NCBI GenBank assembly: GCA_964016885.1
Contig: OZ024743.1
Span: forward strand, 360,034,001-360,098,000
Direction: 5' to 3'
Source: Eledone cirrhosa
Taxonomy: Eukaryota
Length of the DNA stretch: 64,000 bases
The position numbers and the translations under genes were made by a program. The notes beneath the pieces are model-generated. The model had not been told where the DNA came from. It saw nothing but the letters and a program-made list of their open reading frames with translations, and ran no database searches. Shown here piece by piece: positions 41,060-55,138 of the stretch; position 1 is the stretch's first letter; every line of letters begins with the position of its first letter.

Positions 41060-41186
41060 TTTTTATCGATCGACTTTCGTCAAATCGGACCGAGGAAACA
41101 ATGTTTCCGTTGGTCTTTCCAACTCCAGGTAGAAGGAGCAACGTGAAATAAAGTGTCTTGCTCAAGGACATAACGCATCGCCCGGT

Positions 41187-41190
<4 letters not shown>
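41060..41190 (-). mobile_element. Second SINE family fragment
   Basis: GGAGCAACGTGAAATAAAGTGTCTTGCTCAAGG shared with 51750-51780. Confidence 0.65.
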
Positions 41191-41253
<63 letters not shown>

Positions 41254-42243
41254 TATATACAAATGGAAGTTCAGCATAATCGAAGCTCTAGCTGCAGCTA
41301 AGTTAACGAATGCAATCGGAATGTGCGGCTAAGCATTCAATAAGGTATTTTACCTTGTCTGTGTGTGTGTGTGGGAGTGTTCGGCAGACTTATATATATT
41401 CTACATGATCTTAAACTTCTTATTTTATCGTTACTTTCCGACTGGAGGCCAGATTCTATGAAAACATATAAAGAAAAGAGAGGATAAACTCATTTCATTT
41501 CCACCACAAGACAGATGTAATTGTAATAATGTACCAATTCAACAACGCCATACCTAGTTGACAATATAACTGAGTAATTATAAGAAAATAGAACTATATT
41601 CAACATTCTAAAAGGGCTGGGGGAACTACTGGCCTTACACAAAAATTATAATACACAGCAAACTCACAAACCTACATATTACATTTGCTTATAACATGTA
41701 ATTAGAATTGACAAGATATACATATATACAAATGTTAAATGCCAAACATACTAATCTTACTACACAAATATAAACATATAAATGTAATATGGAAATAGAG
41801 ACACATACCTAAAGGTTAAATGGAAATGTACATAATATATACACAACAGGTAAATGTTAAATGTTATATATGAATGTATTGACATGTTAGAGTCAACTCT
41901 ACCACAAAGATTTTAGATTAGTCCAAAACTTATCAAATCCACCATAATAAGCTAAAACTCAATGCAAAACGTTACTTAAACTAAATACAATCAGCCATAC
42001 CTAATTATAGTGATCTGTATCTCTACAATACTTACAAAATGTCTTTCTTTCCACGTCTGAAAAATCTATAATGAACTCATCAAACAGCATCATCTTCGGA
42101 ACACTGCTCTCTACGTCATGTAGGCAGAGTGCCCTTAGTATTATGTGGGTCATCATGGTTCTTATTTACATCTCTCTGAATGATAATTTGCTGAATGATC
42201 TAACTTACTAAATATGAAGCTCAAATATATTATATGAACTACA

Positions 42244-42435
42244 TGGGCGGAGGATTGGCAGTATCGAGAGAGGGTCGGATGCCATGTTTTGCAGCATAGA
42301 GTTACGGCCCTTTATGATCTGAGTTCAAATCCCGCCGAGGTTAACTTTGCCTTTCATCCTTACGGGGTCGATAAAATAAAATACCAGTAATACACTGGGT
42401 TATTGCTGGCCTTGTGCCAAATGTAGAAACAACTA
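42244..42435 (+). mobile_element. tRNA-derived SINE
   Basis: 921 family, full length. Confidence 0.9.
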
Positions 42436-43121
42436 TATGAACTACATCAACATCTGGATAAGTATCAGCAATCCATTCAGCATGGAGTAACACTGCCTGT
42501 TGAGATGGTTTGAAACATGACCTGAGCATGTAAAAGTTGCCAAAATGGACAATTTCTTCAAACACCATACAGGTAATTCATGGAGCAGTCATAAGTGTCT
42601 CAGCTTTAGTTAATAACTCTGCATCAGATAGGCTACCATGGCTTTGAATTTATGCCCTAATTCCTAGGTTAACCTGTACCTAAAAGTATCTAAAAGTAAA
42701 TAATGCATTAAATGTCCTGCATCAGAGTTTCTCACCTGGGGAACAAACAATGTTCTCTCAGACTGATGTTGGTTTTGCACTGTCATGTTTGTCTCTGTAA
42801 GTATTGATGACTCAGACGTTCTTGGCTTTCGATTTTAACAATTAATACCCAACCTGAAAAGATTTTAGAAACTTTTCTATAGAATCAGTTAGATCAATTA
42901 CTTTATTCAGGTGAACTTCATACACCAATGGTACCGAAAGCTGGTGTATCTGTCTTAGTGTGACATTTTGAATATTACAAGGTGTGTCATATCTGAACAA
43001 TATTTATCTAATCTCAAAGAGCAGACCCTTTAGAAGATATCTCCTTCTCAAAGGCCAGCTGCTTGCTAAGTGGAAATACTCAACAAATTCGACTGATTTA
43101 TAACCAACTTAATTTCATATA

Positions 43122-43166
<45 letters not shown>

Positions 43167-43320
43167 CCATTATATCTTTGTTTTTCTCTTTCCACACCTA
43201 CACTGAAACAACACACTTTCTATACACCAACCATATAATACAATACTTCTGCTATACCATACGATCATTAAAAGATGAACCATTTCGCCTTTCAGATATA
43301 CATCTTGGTTTTATTTGTTA

Positions 43321-44236
43321 CTAGCAGTGGTACCCGGCGTTGCACGAGATAAGGTATTTTGGAACGCGGGCCGCCAACAGACCTAATCGTGGAAAAACTG
43401 CATTCCTGGACAATATGTAAAGAAAATAAACTGGATACTCTGATGGCTGGATAATCTTTAAGGTTTTACTCGATGAAGCAGGAACAATGCAGGTTTTCAC
43501 CTATTGCGGGCCCTAGGGGATCAAGAAAATAATTTTTTTTATGTGCAAAATATGCCTTGAAATTTCGGAAAAATCGGCTAGACGTAACGCCTCAAAAAAG
43601 CCATAAAAAGCTGAAAAAATGAAGTTTTTCACCTAATGCGGGCCCTAGGCCATAACAAAGTTGGATTTTCTTTGCACACGGTATGAAGAAGAGATTGGCT
43701 AATACATAGTTACAATTTCAAGGAAATCGGTCTGACGTAACGCCTAAAAAAAACCCCTAAAAAACCTTAAAAAACGCAGTTTTTCACCTAATGCGGGCCC
43801 TAGGGGATCAAAAAATTGAATTTCTTTATGTGCATAACACTTCCAAAAATAAGTAATACACATGTAAAGTTTGAAAAAAGTCGGTTGTGTACTTCTCGAG
43901 GTTTAGGCATTCAAACTCACAGACACACACACACACAGACAGACATCCTCAGGGAAGTGACGTAATGCAGACAGCCAGACATACAGACAGATATTATAAG
44001 GACGCGACGTTATATGTATGTATCTATCTAAAATGAGAAAGACTAAGAATTATAGAGAGAGATCACTAAATCGTCTCTAGGGCATGGAAAATTTGAAATT
44101 TCGTTTACTCAGAACACTCCCTGAAACATAAGTATTACATGTGTAAATTTTGAAAACAGTCGGTTGGGTGCTTCTCGAGTTTTAGGTATTCAAACTCACA
44201 CACACAGACAGACATCCTCAGTTTTATATCTATAGA
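43321..44236 (-). mobile_element. Non-autonomous Helitron
   Basis: Minus strand 5' TCTATAGATATAAAA..; 3' hairpin CTCGTGCAACGCCGGG then CTAG|T; internal repeats TTTTCACCTA(A/T)TGCGGGCCCTAGG x3. Confidence 0.8.
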
Positions 44237-44316
44237 CTAGCAGAAAACCGCCTACCGGGTGGTTTTCTGCTAGTATATATATATATTACACACACACACA
44301 GAAATGTATATATTTC

Positions 44317-44351
<35 letters not shown>

Positions 44352-44813
44352 TACACACACAGAAATGTATATATATTTCTGTGTGTATATATATATATAT
44401 TACACACACAGAAATGTATATATATTTCTGTGTGTATATATATATATTTCTGTATGTGTATATATATATATATATTACACACACACAGAAATGTATATAT
44501 GTTTCTGTAGCACTCCTCAATTCCCCCCTCTATCCTTCCCGCTATCCCCCTCTTGTAGTCTGTCTCTTTCTTTCACTCTCTCTCTACGCGTGCGCAAAAA
44601 ATATTCGCACGCGCGCACGTGTTTTAGCGTCTATTCACTCTCTCTCTCTCCCTCTCTCCCTCCCGCTATCCCCCTCTCGTAGTCTGTCTCTTTCTTTCAC
44701 TCTCACTCTCTCTCTACGCGTGCGCAAAAACATTCGCACGCGCGCACGTGTTTCCACTGTCGGACAGACAGATAGACAAACAGAGAAATTGCTGGTTATA
44801 TATTATAAGGAGA
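44237..44813 (-). mobile_element. Second non-autonomous Helitron, head-to-tail with the first
   Basis: Minus strand 5' A|TCTCCTTATAATATATAA..TCTGTCTGTCC; 3' CTAG; internal palindromic minisatellite at 44275-44510. Confidence 0.65.
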
Positions 44814-47800
44814 TACTAGTCTTTTTCGTCTAAACTTGCGTTTTAGCAAGCTTTACTTTTAACGGTATCTTACAAACTCGTATAAGCGCCTGAAGACAGG
44901 TCACTATTATTTCTCTAAATGTTTTTTTTTTTTTCTGTTAATGATGTATCTACGTCTAGTCAAATTCCGTTGAATATTCAATATATCAGTGAACATCACA
45001 CAAGTCCGAATAGTTTCCTTAAACGAAATTAAAATACAAAATCCTCAAGCATATTGACTTCCCACAACTGTTGTTTCCTCAACTTGTTTGGTAAAATTCA
45101 TAACTCTGGAGATTATAGACGAGTTGATGTTTGTCGTGGTTGCCCACTTAATTTATACGTCGAGAAATTGTGTTATTATCTAGTTAAATTGTTTTGATAA
45201 CTATGTCTTGTTTTGTATACATTGCTGTCGAAATAACTTCTTCAATAAAAGTGGAAGTAATGCTTTTACTATAGTATGAAACTTACCGGAATTTGCGACC
45301 AGTAATGCAGTGGCGTTCGACGGAATCATCCGTTATCTTACAGTGTTGCTGCTTTCTGAAATCCTGCGATCAACGTCCTTCGCTTTTCGAATAAGGTCTT
45401 AAGTTGTAAGAAGTGTTTCTTCAAGCATGAAGTCTTCATGGCTTCATAGCTTAAAAATTGGTTGCACATATGTAATTGACTACTCTAATGAAAAATGATA
45501 AACCCATAAGATAAGTAATCAAAGCTGCATTGGCGGGATTCCACTTTTTGTCTGTTTAAATGAGCATGTACATTGAGCTGTGAACAGGTTCCATCTTGGA
45601 TTTTCATATATTCTGGCATTGCCGCCGGCCCTTCTTTGTCCACGGTGTGTCATCAGAGGTCTAAATTCTCATCGCTTGTCAAATTTATGTGTGAACATTC
45701 GGTGCTGGGGGCATTGGTATGTTTATTCTCAGGTCACCTCTTAGTTTTACTGGCACAAGCAAGTTGTTCTTGGGCTTCACTTATCTAATGTATATCCCAA
45801 ATTATGTTATTTCGTTCGAAGAACAATTTCAATGTTCATAATTCTTCTCAAAACTACAGAAAATACCCAAATGCTCATTTTTTGTGGGGTTGTTTGTATG
45901 TTATCAAGGAATGTGACCCAGTTATATGACCCTGTTTAGGCTCCTGTTTTTGTTATACAAGTTCTTTGCATATCTTGGGAAGTGCATGTTGAAATATCTT
46001 CTTGATACACAAAATATTATGTAGCCCACAAACATTTTCAAACCCCCACCATTTTCTGTTCCGTTACTCATCGCCCACCCAACAGTTGAAATTGCCCACC
46101 AGTTGGCGATGTCACCCAGCCTGGGAAACCTTAGATTGGTATCATGTTATATAACTCATTGGTTATATATTCCCTCGCATATTTCTTTAATCTCTGCATC
46201 TTTTGCTACCTTTATTTTTATTCTTACTCTCCACTTAACGAATCTGTATTCTAATCTTGGTGTTTCGTATTCCTATCACTGCTTTCAGATCTTTTCTTTT
46301 ATCACAACAGATTAAAGCCCTTTTTTGTATTCCTTTTACTAAGATACCGGTCAGCTGTTGTTTGTATTCATCACAGACTCCTGTTGATATTTTAACATTT
46401 GTATCCAATTATAATACAAGTATGGGTTTTTCTCCTATCTCCCCACCTTGCTATTATGCCCGGATTTTTAATTTGATCTAGATCATTTTGCTATTCCTAC
46501 ATTTTTTCTTTACTAACTTCCTAATTATTAAGCTGCTGGCTGGAACTTAAATGTTCTTACACAGAATTGTGGTGGAAGGCTTTTAGATGCAAATAAACAA
46601 TTTGAAAGAAGCGTACTTACAAAAGCGTTAAGCCACAAAAAGTTCACCTGAACCATAGGCACCATGATCAATGGAATGTCAATCTACTGTTGTCATACAA
46701 ATTCCAACGTCATCACTCCTTTATCTACACTTGTAAACGAATGGGTCGTTGATAATTTTCTATCCATTTACAATAATTGTTAGGAGGAAATGAATTGCGA
46801 ATGCTAGTTGGAGCATGCATTTGGATTCTCTAGATAATCGTATGATTTAGCCGGCAGCTGTTTGTGTACTGAAAATCATTCTACAAACTTTCATTGATTT
46901 AAAGGATTTTTCTTCACCTTCAAAGACCCTTTTCATGGTCGGTTTTCTTCAATTTCAATCATATTGTATATCCATTAGCTGTTATGAATTCTATCCATTC
47001 TACCAACTTTCACCTTGTTTCAGATATTTCACATTTTCATATATTAGTTATTGTAATTTTCCATATTGATAACATTTTCATATATTCAACATTCGAAAAT
47101 TAAGGAATATTTGCAAAATTATATATTTCTTTAGTTACCGACGCCGTCCTTTGTCAAACCCACATTAATTTGTCGAACCAGGACCGATCCTATGTGTTGT
47201 GTGAATTGGTCTGCACCACCATGAAATGTTTCGAAGCCCTACGCTTATAGTCAGCTCTCGGTACTGTTTTCCATCCTCCAGTCTGCCTACAGATCCTCAT
47301 CTAAGACAATAAGAGGCAAATAGTATTAGATATTTGAGAGGAGTTAAATGGTTTCAACAGAACGTCAAACTAGTTGAGAACATGGATCACAAAGAGCTAG
47401 CCACACAGGCTATAGGACTGACCAATGTCGAAAATAAGTTTTTATGGACTACCAGTTTCTATACCTTTTAAGTTTAAATTAAATCCCCAGATAGTGTTAC
47501 ATGTATCTACAAAGACTCTAGTCAAAGCTAATACTTTATTTTTCATTGCTTGCAGACATTTCTATATATCGCGTCCTAATGCTTGTCGTTTCTACATAAT
47601 GTAATGATAGATTCTACAAGTAAAAATATCGATACTTTGAACAACAGTACATCTAATTTGCAATTGTATAGCGTAAATTTGTTATCTACGCTTACACTAA
47701 AATTAATCATTTGCAAAGATATCAATACATTTCAAAGCCAGACCCTGCCAATTTAAATACATTTCATGATTTTCTTTTGTGAGGAAAATTAAATTTGAGA

Positions 47801-48714
47801 TAATGGTATCTGGAAAATTGTCCATGCTTGGGGATAATCGAGAGGGTGGTACGCCAAACAATTCGAAAATATTTATTTGTTTTCTTTTAGGCTTAGAGAT
47901 CAAATCTCACGAGGGCAGCCTTTATTTCCCATTCAACTAGATTTATACCATAAGACAATTGTTACATGCTGAGGTGGTTCAGATGACATTAAGTTGTTCG
48001 TACAAACTATGTTTGAGCGCGAAATTTCTAATGTTTTCATCTTTGGTCTGAATTTCATGTCAATATAGTGTGATAAAATAATTCATATATTATGTAAGCT
48101 ATGTTATGAGAAGAAAAATCATTACTTGAAAAATACTGAGTACTTCACCATTTTGTAATCCCTATAGAATTATTTATAGAAATATCAACACGAGAACATG
48201 GTATGGTTCAAACTATTATAAAACAAACTTTTGTATTCTCGTTTGTAAATCTAGAGTAATACAAATACCTATATATGATACATCCCATGTCTAAATGAAA
48301 GTTTACTATATAAAAGCAAGTGAAATCCTGTGCATTAACCAACCAATCGTTGTTGAATAAATTCCTCTGTCAGTTCTAATTAGGCAGGCTTGTCATCGAA
48401 AGTGTTACAATCATAAGCGTCCCTTCTTTCTGTATAACAATGAATATGTTGTCTAATGTATTGTTACTGCTTTAGGTGATTATGTGTGGTTTATGATATC
48501 TGTTATTTCAAGAAATCACGAATATGCTCTCACCGCGCCTCTAGTAAATAGAGAAGGAATGATAGGATAATTTTAAACAATGATTTTCGTTTCTAATACT
48601 AGGTTGACATATATTATTACTTGTGTTATATGGATATATATATTATTATAAATTTATTATTATTACTATATATGTATATATATATATATATATATAGTAA
48701 TAATAATAAATTTG

Positions 48715-48927
48715 AAGACTAAAATCCAAAGAGGGCTCGATAAGGATAAATATATATCAAATATATAAGAACCTTAGAGCAAATATTTATTAAAATAACA
48801 GATTAAAGTTTAAGCAAAGAATCGCTGCTTTCACCCTTAACGGGATCTACTGAAACTAACCCGGTTAGTTTCCGTAGATCCCGTTAAGGGTGAAAGAACC
48901 GATCTTTGCTTAAACTTTAATCTGTTA

Positions 48928-48935
<8 letters not shown>
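48715..48935. mobile_element. Fold-back pLTR fragment of the 2.5-4.3 kb PLE family
   Basis: GATCCCGTTAAGGGTGAAAG on both strands around ACTAACCCGGTTAGT. Confidence 0.82.
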
Positions 48936-48985
<50 letters not shown>

Positions 48986-49070
48986 AAAGTTCTATTTAAA
49001 ATTGTTGGGATACAACAAGTAAATATTTTTATAACTGATATAAAGCACTCGACAAGTATTTGGAGTAGAT

Positions 49071-49394
49071 ATACGATATTAATAAATGGAAACTATATTT
49101 ATAAAACCATATTTATTTCATTATACATATTTCAGGGATACCAAATTAAATTATGGTATGCCTTCATCAGACAAAATACAATATATAACAGTTTTACAAA
49201 TAAGCTTTGACGTACCCTATGACTTCCAAAAACAATGGTTGCATTTTAATAGGGTACGTCAAAGCTTATTTGTAAAACTGTTATATATTGTATTTTGTCT
49301 GATGAAGGCATACCATAATTTAATTTGGTATCCCTGAAATATGTATAATGAAATAAATATGGTTTTATAAATATAGTTTCCATTTATTAATATC

Positions 49395-49398
<4 letters not shown>
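49071..49398. repeat. Perfect 150-bp inverted repeat (28-nt spacer) of an HHR-bearing PLE-type terminus
   Basis: 49071-49220 is the exact reverse complement of 49249-49398 by manual comparison. Confidence 0.93.
49291..49355 (+). ncRNA. Type-I hammerhead motif
   Basis: tattttgt-CTGATGA-agg.atacca(..)tggtat.cct-GAAA-T(atgt)ATA-atgaaata. Confidence 0.75.
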
Positions 49399-49451
<53 letters not shown>

Positions 49452-49463
49452 CACACACACACA

Positions 49464-49530
<67 letters not shown>

Positions 49531-49533
<3 letters not shown>

Positions 49534-49965
49534 ATAGCTACAAACTCTGCTAAGAGTAATGCAATCGCTTGTCAGATAACAACAGATACTGAACAGGCAA
49601 TGCCTGTGCTTTGAGGGTTTTTTAAGTGGGGAAAGGCTTTGCACTCGACCAATCACACTCTCAGGATCGAAAATACTACCCGAAAATACTACCCGATATC
49701 TGGTCAACATCATCGGATGCTTCCGAAGCCGGAGGTTATTTTTTCAGAGTTTCCCTCTTTTAGAAAGGTGTTGTGACAACAACTGGGGGCCTTTCACTCA
49801 CAGGTGAAAAAAAAGTAGTATTTGGATGGCCGTTGACTCTGTTGAGGTCCTCCGCTCTTTATTAGGTCTTGTATTTCATCTCACAGGGTGTCCAAATATC
49901 ATCCTTCTCACCAAGGAAGCATGGTGGGGGTACCGGTTTAGACCCGACCATGATATAGCACCACC
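49531..49965 (-). mobile_element. Short non-autonomous RTE derivative
   Basis: 5' part resembles 31080-31220 (CATGGTCGGG..CCCCACCA..TTGGTGAG); 3' end CTGACAAGC.ATTGCA.TACTCTTAGC matches the RTE 3' end at 29495-29540. Confidence 0.7.
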
Positions 49966-49967
49966 CC

Positions 49968-50012
<45 letters not shown>

Positions 50013-51080
50013 AACACACACACGCATATATATGAATGTGTGAGTGTGAGTGTGTGTGTTTGTTTGTGCGTGTGTGATTCGTTGTATCGATTTATATGAA
50101 GTTGTTTTCTTATAGCGTACTCCCAAATCAACGTGGATAGTAACTCAAATAACTAGATGCGATGCACATATTCGGTGTTCTAGATATGCTATGCCTACGC
50201 CTGGAAGAAGACCGACCGTGATTTCTTTCACCTTTATCATATAGAGAACAGTTTAGCTTTTTGTACATCCTGGCTTTTTCTTCATTCAGCAATGTTTTTG
50301 TATAGCATTCCTTGTTGCACAATACCAGATTGTCTGGATAAGCCATCCTGTCATAACGTTCCCATGTTGGGTACAAGATTATATACATATTTTGCTTTTT
50401 AAAAGGCGGTTGGCTGTAATTACCGGAAATTCTACAAATGTCGAACGAATAAGCATTGAAGCAGCTGCTGAAGTTAGGTGAGCTTTATTAGAATCATTGC
50501 TCATCCTGAGATTTTGTTAACTAGATATGTCTCCTGTACTTGTGCGAGAGGTGTGTCTGCGTGATAGAGTGTTTTAAGATTTGTGTGAATTGAATGGTAT
50601 TTATTTTCATGATAGTGTTGCCATTGACTATACATATTTGTTTGTTGTTAATCCAAAAATAAGACCAAAATCTAACTGAAAATGCCCATGCTATCTTTTA
50701 ATGTATATAGAATTGCATATTATAATGTGGTTCCAATCCCACTAAACAGAACGAAGCGAAGCTTCCTACTACCTATAGTGGCAGTAAGAGTGACGGATGA
50801 GGTTTAGCTTCGTAAACACATATGCCCATGGTAGGATTAACATATTCCTGATAGGTGAACTATGGTTAAAATATATTTCCATCGTTATATTTTGAATAGG
50901 TTGTTCGTATGTGCAAAGAGTTTCAACTGCGTCCTTCATCGATTAAGTCGTAGACGTGGCTAGTATTGTTAATACATTAAGCTAGGGTGAAGAGGTTTCA
51001 TGTTTGCTCGATTTGAGTGTGATCTTAGGTTTAACATGTATTGAAATAACAAACACACACACACATAGTTAACAAGATCT

Positions 51081-51448
51081 AATAATTATTTCTACTTTTG
51101 GCACAAGGCCAGCAATTATTCCACTGTATTACTTGTACTTTATTTTATCGACCCCGAAAGGATGAAAGGCAAAGTTAACCTCGACGGGATTTGAACACAG
51201 ACCGTAAAGGGACGTAACTATGCTGGAAAGCATGGCGTCCGACTCTCTACCGATACAGCCAATTTTGCCCATAACAAGATCTAATAATAATTGTTTCTAC
51301 TTTTGGCACAAGGCCATCAATTACCCAGTACATTACTGGTACTTTATTTTATGGACCCCGTAAGGATGAAAGGAAAAGTTAACCTCGGCAGGCTTTGAAC
51401 TCAGACCGCAAAGGGACGTAACTATGCTGGAAAGCATGGTGTCCGACC
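51081..51448 (-). mobile_element. Two tandem SINE copies (51081-51270; 51283-51448)
   Basis: 921 family; TAACAAGATCTAATAAT flanks the first copy on both sides (TSD). Confidence 0.9.
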
Positions 51449-51584
51449 TAATAATAATACTAATAAATACCTATCGGTGCCATTCAAGTAGACGACAACC
51501 CTGCGTGGGTAGAATTGTGAGAGGATTTTTTAACAATCGGTTGGATATTGCACATAATCGTATTTGCTTATATATTTAATGAAG

Positions 51585-51856
51585 ACCCCCTTCTGTCGTG
51601 AATGAACATGTGATTTACACAGAAAGTTTCCCTCCGAGGCACACAAGTCCAGGCATAACAGCCTCTGCTCTCCACGATGCCCAAGGGAAAGGCTATGGCC
51701 GATACAGCTTGGCGCCAGTAACGTTTGTAACTCATTTCTACAGCTGAACAAACTGGAGCAACGTGAAATAAAGTGTCTTGGTGGTTAGTGCATTGGGCTT
51801 TTAATTGGAAGGTTGTGAGTTCGACTCTCGGGGCGGGTGATACGTTGTTTCCTTGA
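51585..51856. mobile_element. Second SINE family, rearranged (body on minus, tRNA-like head on plus)
   Basis: ..GGAGCAACGTGAAATAAAGTGTCTTG joined to GTGGTTAG..GAGTTCGACTC. Confidence 0.6.
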
Positions 51857-53994
51857 TGTGTGTGTGTACGTGTGATGTGTGCATGTGTGCGTCTATCACA
51901 GATGTAGGAGAGCATATGCCAAAATGCATAATGAACACACATAATTCTCGCTATGGATATGTTATGCTGTTTTATATCTCACCTACATCCGTACAATAGT
52001 GTGAGCGGCAAACGCCAGTGTTTCATGGCTTTTTGTTCATTTGGGAGACGATTACTCAAACACAAATTAATAACTATAGCTATATACATTTTGCGTATAC
52101 AATATTTGCTGGAGATACCCTCGCACCATGTGCAAATGAGTGACTGGCTGGAATAAATTAGCAGTGGCACTAACATAGCATGATTGTATGTCAGTACTAA
52201 TGTGTGTGTCGGTGGATTAAGCAATGTGAAATAAAGTGTTCTGCTCAACAACGCACCATACCACCGAGAATCAATCTCATGATGTAATGAGTTACGTGAT
52301 TACATACATATTTGCATACGTAAATTCCTACATACATACAAATATACGTATGAACACAAACACTCACATAAGTTCAATCAACTGCAGTTGTTCTAGCATA
52401 TAACGTTCATCTGGATTAGCAAACGGCTTTCAATAAGATATAAATGCATGAGTGTACTGCCAAACACTATTTTTTACATAATATAGAAGGATTTGGAAAA
52501 GTCTAAATGGGCTCAGCCATACAGGTATTAAATTTATCTACGTAAATGAATCATGTAATTTCCTCTTTATAACGGTTTTCGTTTCAAATGGGTTTCGGTT
52601 AACATACCTATTTAATCGGGAAAACCTGTTCACCACAGTTTGATATTAATTACAGAAACATATTTTGCAATAAAATATCCCTTGATCAGTATGCATTAAT
52701 TGTGCACACATACATGTGCTGAAAATATGTTCAAAGTAGTGCGCCTATTACTGACGAGAGCCTTATCACACATTCTATAAAGGGAAATTGTTAGGCAATG
52801 CATGAAACAAAATTAAAAATAATGAATAGTGATAAAATACAAAAAGAAAGTAGAAGCCTATATATATTCTAACGATTCAATGGGTGGAAAAACCTAAACA
52901 GTTATGAACCAGCTAGAAATAGCTTTAGTATATATCTACCTCACTCACTACCGTTAACAAAAAAACAGGACACCACTATTTGGTAATGCAGTCCTATTAT
53001 CATTATGCTTTGGAGGGTTGAAGCTGCTGATATCTTCCATTAGTGTTGATATGAAGACATCAGAACACCATGTATGATGGATTCTAATTTAAACAGCAAT
53101 AATTTTGCGATGTTGAGTTAGTCGATTGTATGTCCCATATTCACTTTTTCATGGAACATTGGAAGAATGAAAGGCAAGTTGGATTTCTGCAATATCTGAG
53201 CACAGAACCTAAAAAAAAGAAGAAAAAAAAGTAACAAATGCCCGAAATCACTTTGTCTAAATTCATAATGAGTCTGTCAAAGCACCAGCTAATTTTTGAA
53301 GCTCAACGAGCAATGATGTATTAAGTACTATATAGATATGTCATATTTTGTTTATAAAACTCTGATAATGCTCGTGTGATGCTACAAATATTAACTTCAG
53401 TGAGAATACTTGGGTGGTTACTCTTCTGATACGTATTGAAACATTTAATCTAAGTGCTTTAACTTATGAATATGTTAACTGAATATCAAAGTTAGCGTAC
53501 AATGCCGTTATGGAGAGATATAATACTTTAGGAGTTTGCAAGGATTTAGAACGTATACAAATGTCGCTTACTGCTAAGGAGTATATGTTCTAACGCTTTC
53601 TAACTCTTTAACAAAATTCATGAGGCACTTCAATAAAATGGCTCGTATAAGTAAACAATGTAAGAGGTTTATGCAGAGATAAAAGGAATTTTCTTATTAA
53701 TATTGAATTTGCGGCATATCTGCCATAACGTGAAAAGTAACAGGAGGAAACAAAACTAGCGTTTCCTTGCATAGAATTATAATGGCACGAAATAGTTAAT
53801 TGCGCTATACTTCGGATGTGTAACAAAAGTGCAACAGGATTATGAGACTTTTAGCCTTCCACCTGCTTGGTTACAGTATTAGTGACACCAATTCCTAATA
53901 GAAAATCAAATATTAATAGTTTCTACGTTATTTTAAATACATATTATCACGGTTTATATGAGAGCATTTACTAATATTATTTTATTTAACTCCA

Positions 53995-54232
53995 GGGGGT
54001 GGATTGGCAGTATCGGTAGAGGGTCGGACGCCATGCTTTGCAGCATAGAGTTACGGCTCTTTATGATTTGAGCTCAAATCCCGCCGAGGTTAACTTTGCC
54101 TTTCATCCTTATGGGGTCGATAAAATAAAGTACCAGTCACGCACTGGGGTCGATTTAATTGACTTTCTCCCCCCCCCCCCCCCCCCAAAAAAAAAAAAAA
54201 ATTACTGGCCTTGTGCCTATATAAGAAACCAT
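53995..54232 (+). mobile_element. tRNA-derived SINE (longer variant)
   Basis: 921 family with an extra GGGGTCGATTTAATTGACT-poly(C)-poly(A) segment. Confidence 0.9.
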
Positions 54233-55138
54233 TATAACATTATCAACGTAACATAGAATTCCCCAAAGAAGCCGAAGTATGCTAGTAGAATCACAAACTA
54301 TGCTATACATAATTTACACTGTTTGCAGAAAATAAAATCGTTCAGAAAAGAAATGATGCAGAAAGCCCACCCGCGGCAAGTATAATATTTATATTAGCGG
54401 GAACGTTAGAAAACCAATTAAATAGAATAATGTGGTGAGGAATATAAATATTAGGGATAGAAAAAGTGAATTCTCTGGGATATAACAATGAATGCATAAA
54501 GGTAGAGAAGGGTTATATCCCAGTTTTTGGAAGCAAAATCAACAAGGAAGAGAAACTTATCTCAATAAAAGTATCAGTCGCAATAGACAACAATATATCT
54601 GTCAAAGAAAATGCGAACTTATTCAAATATACAAATGTAACCAGAATGTAGAGATCGAAAAAGGAAACAATCCTTTTTATAATAAATACAGTTACTTATG
54701 TAACCAAATCTCTAGGATATAAGTATGTACCAATTATGCACTAATTGTTACTATTTTGTTCTGTAAGCATATTATGCAGAATACATTAATTGCAGCAGAT
54801 AATACAAGGACAAAAGAGAAGAGAGTACGTACCAAAGACACAGAAAAAATTAAAACAATTATAAAGAAGAGGAGTGAGCTGATGTCTGGAGCTAATCGCT
54901 TTAGTGAAATGGTAACGCAAACATCTATGATAAAATGACGTGTGAAAAATGAGAGTCCAACAGACGATTATCCACTTTTATCCGATTCAAGGGGTTATAC
55001 CCTCGATTCAGTTACAAATATCTTATGATAATAATTAATGGTTCGTGGATATTTGCGTGATAATAAAAAAACATTTTGAAATAAACAATTTTATTTTTTC
55101 AGTAATTATTCATAATAAAACAACGATGTTATTGCTAC

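Larger units (their letters stand above)
40244..46135 (-). mobile_element. Old hAT (Buster/Charlie-like) DNA transposon, fragmented by nested insertions
   Basis: C-terminus EITERVDLLLKIINFKPNVFALTASHQSQS* at 40531-40624; LLAPFAS near 40750; N-terminal CNQFLSYEAMKTSCLKKH and NNTISRRI at 45150-45470; TIR-like GGGATTCCTAACC and CTGGGAAACC at the ends. Confidence 0.65.
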
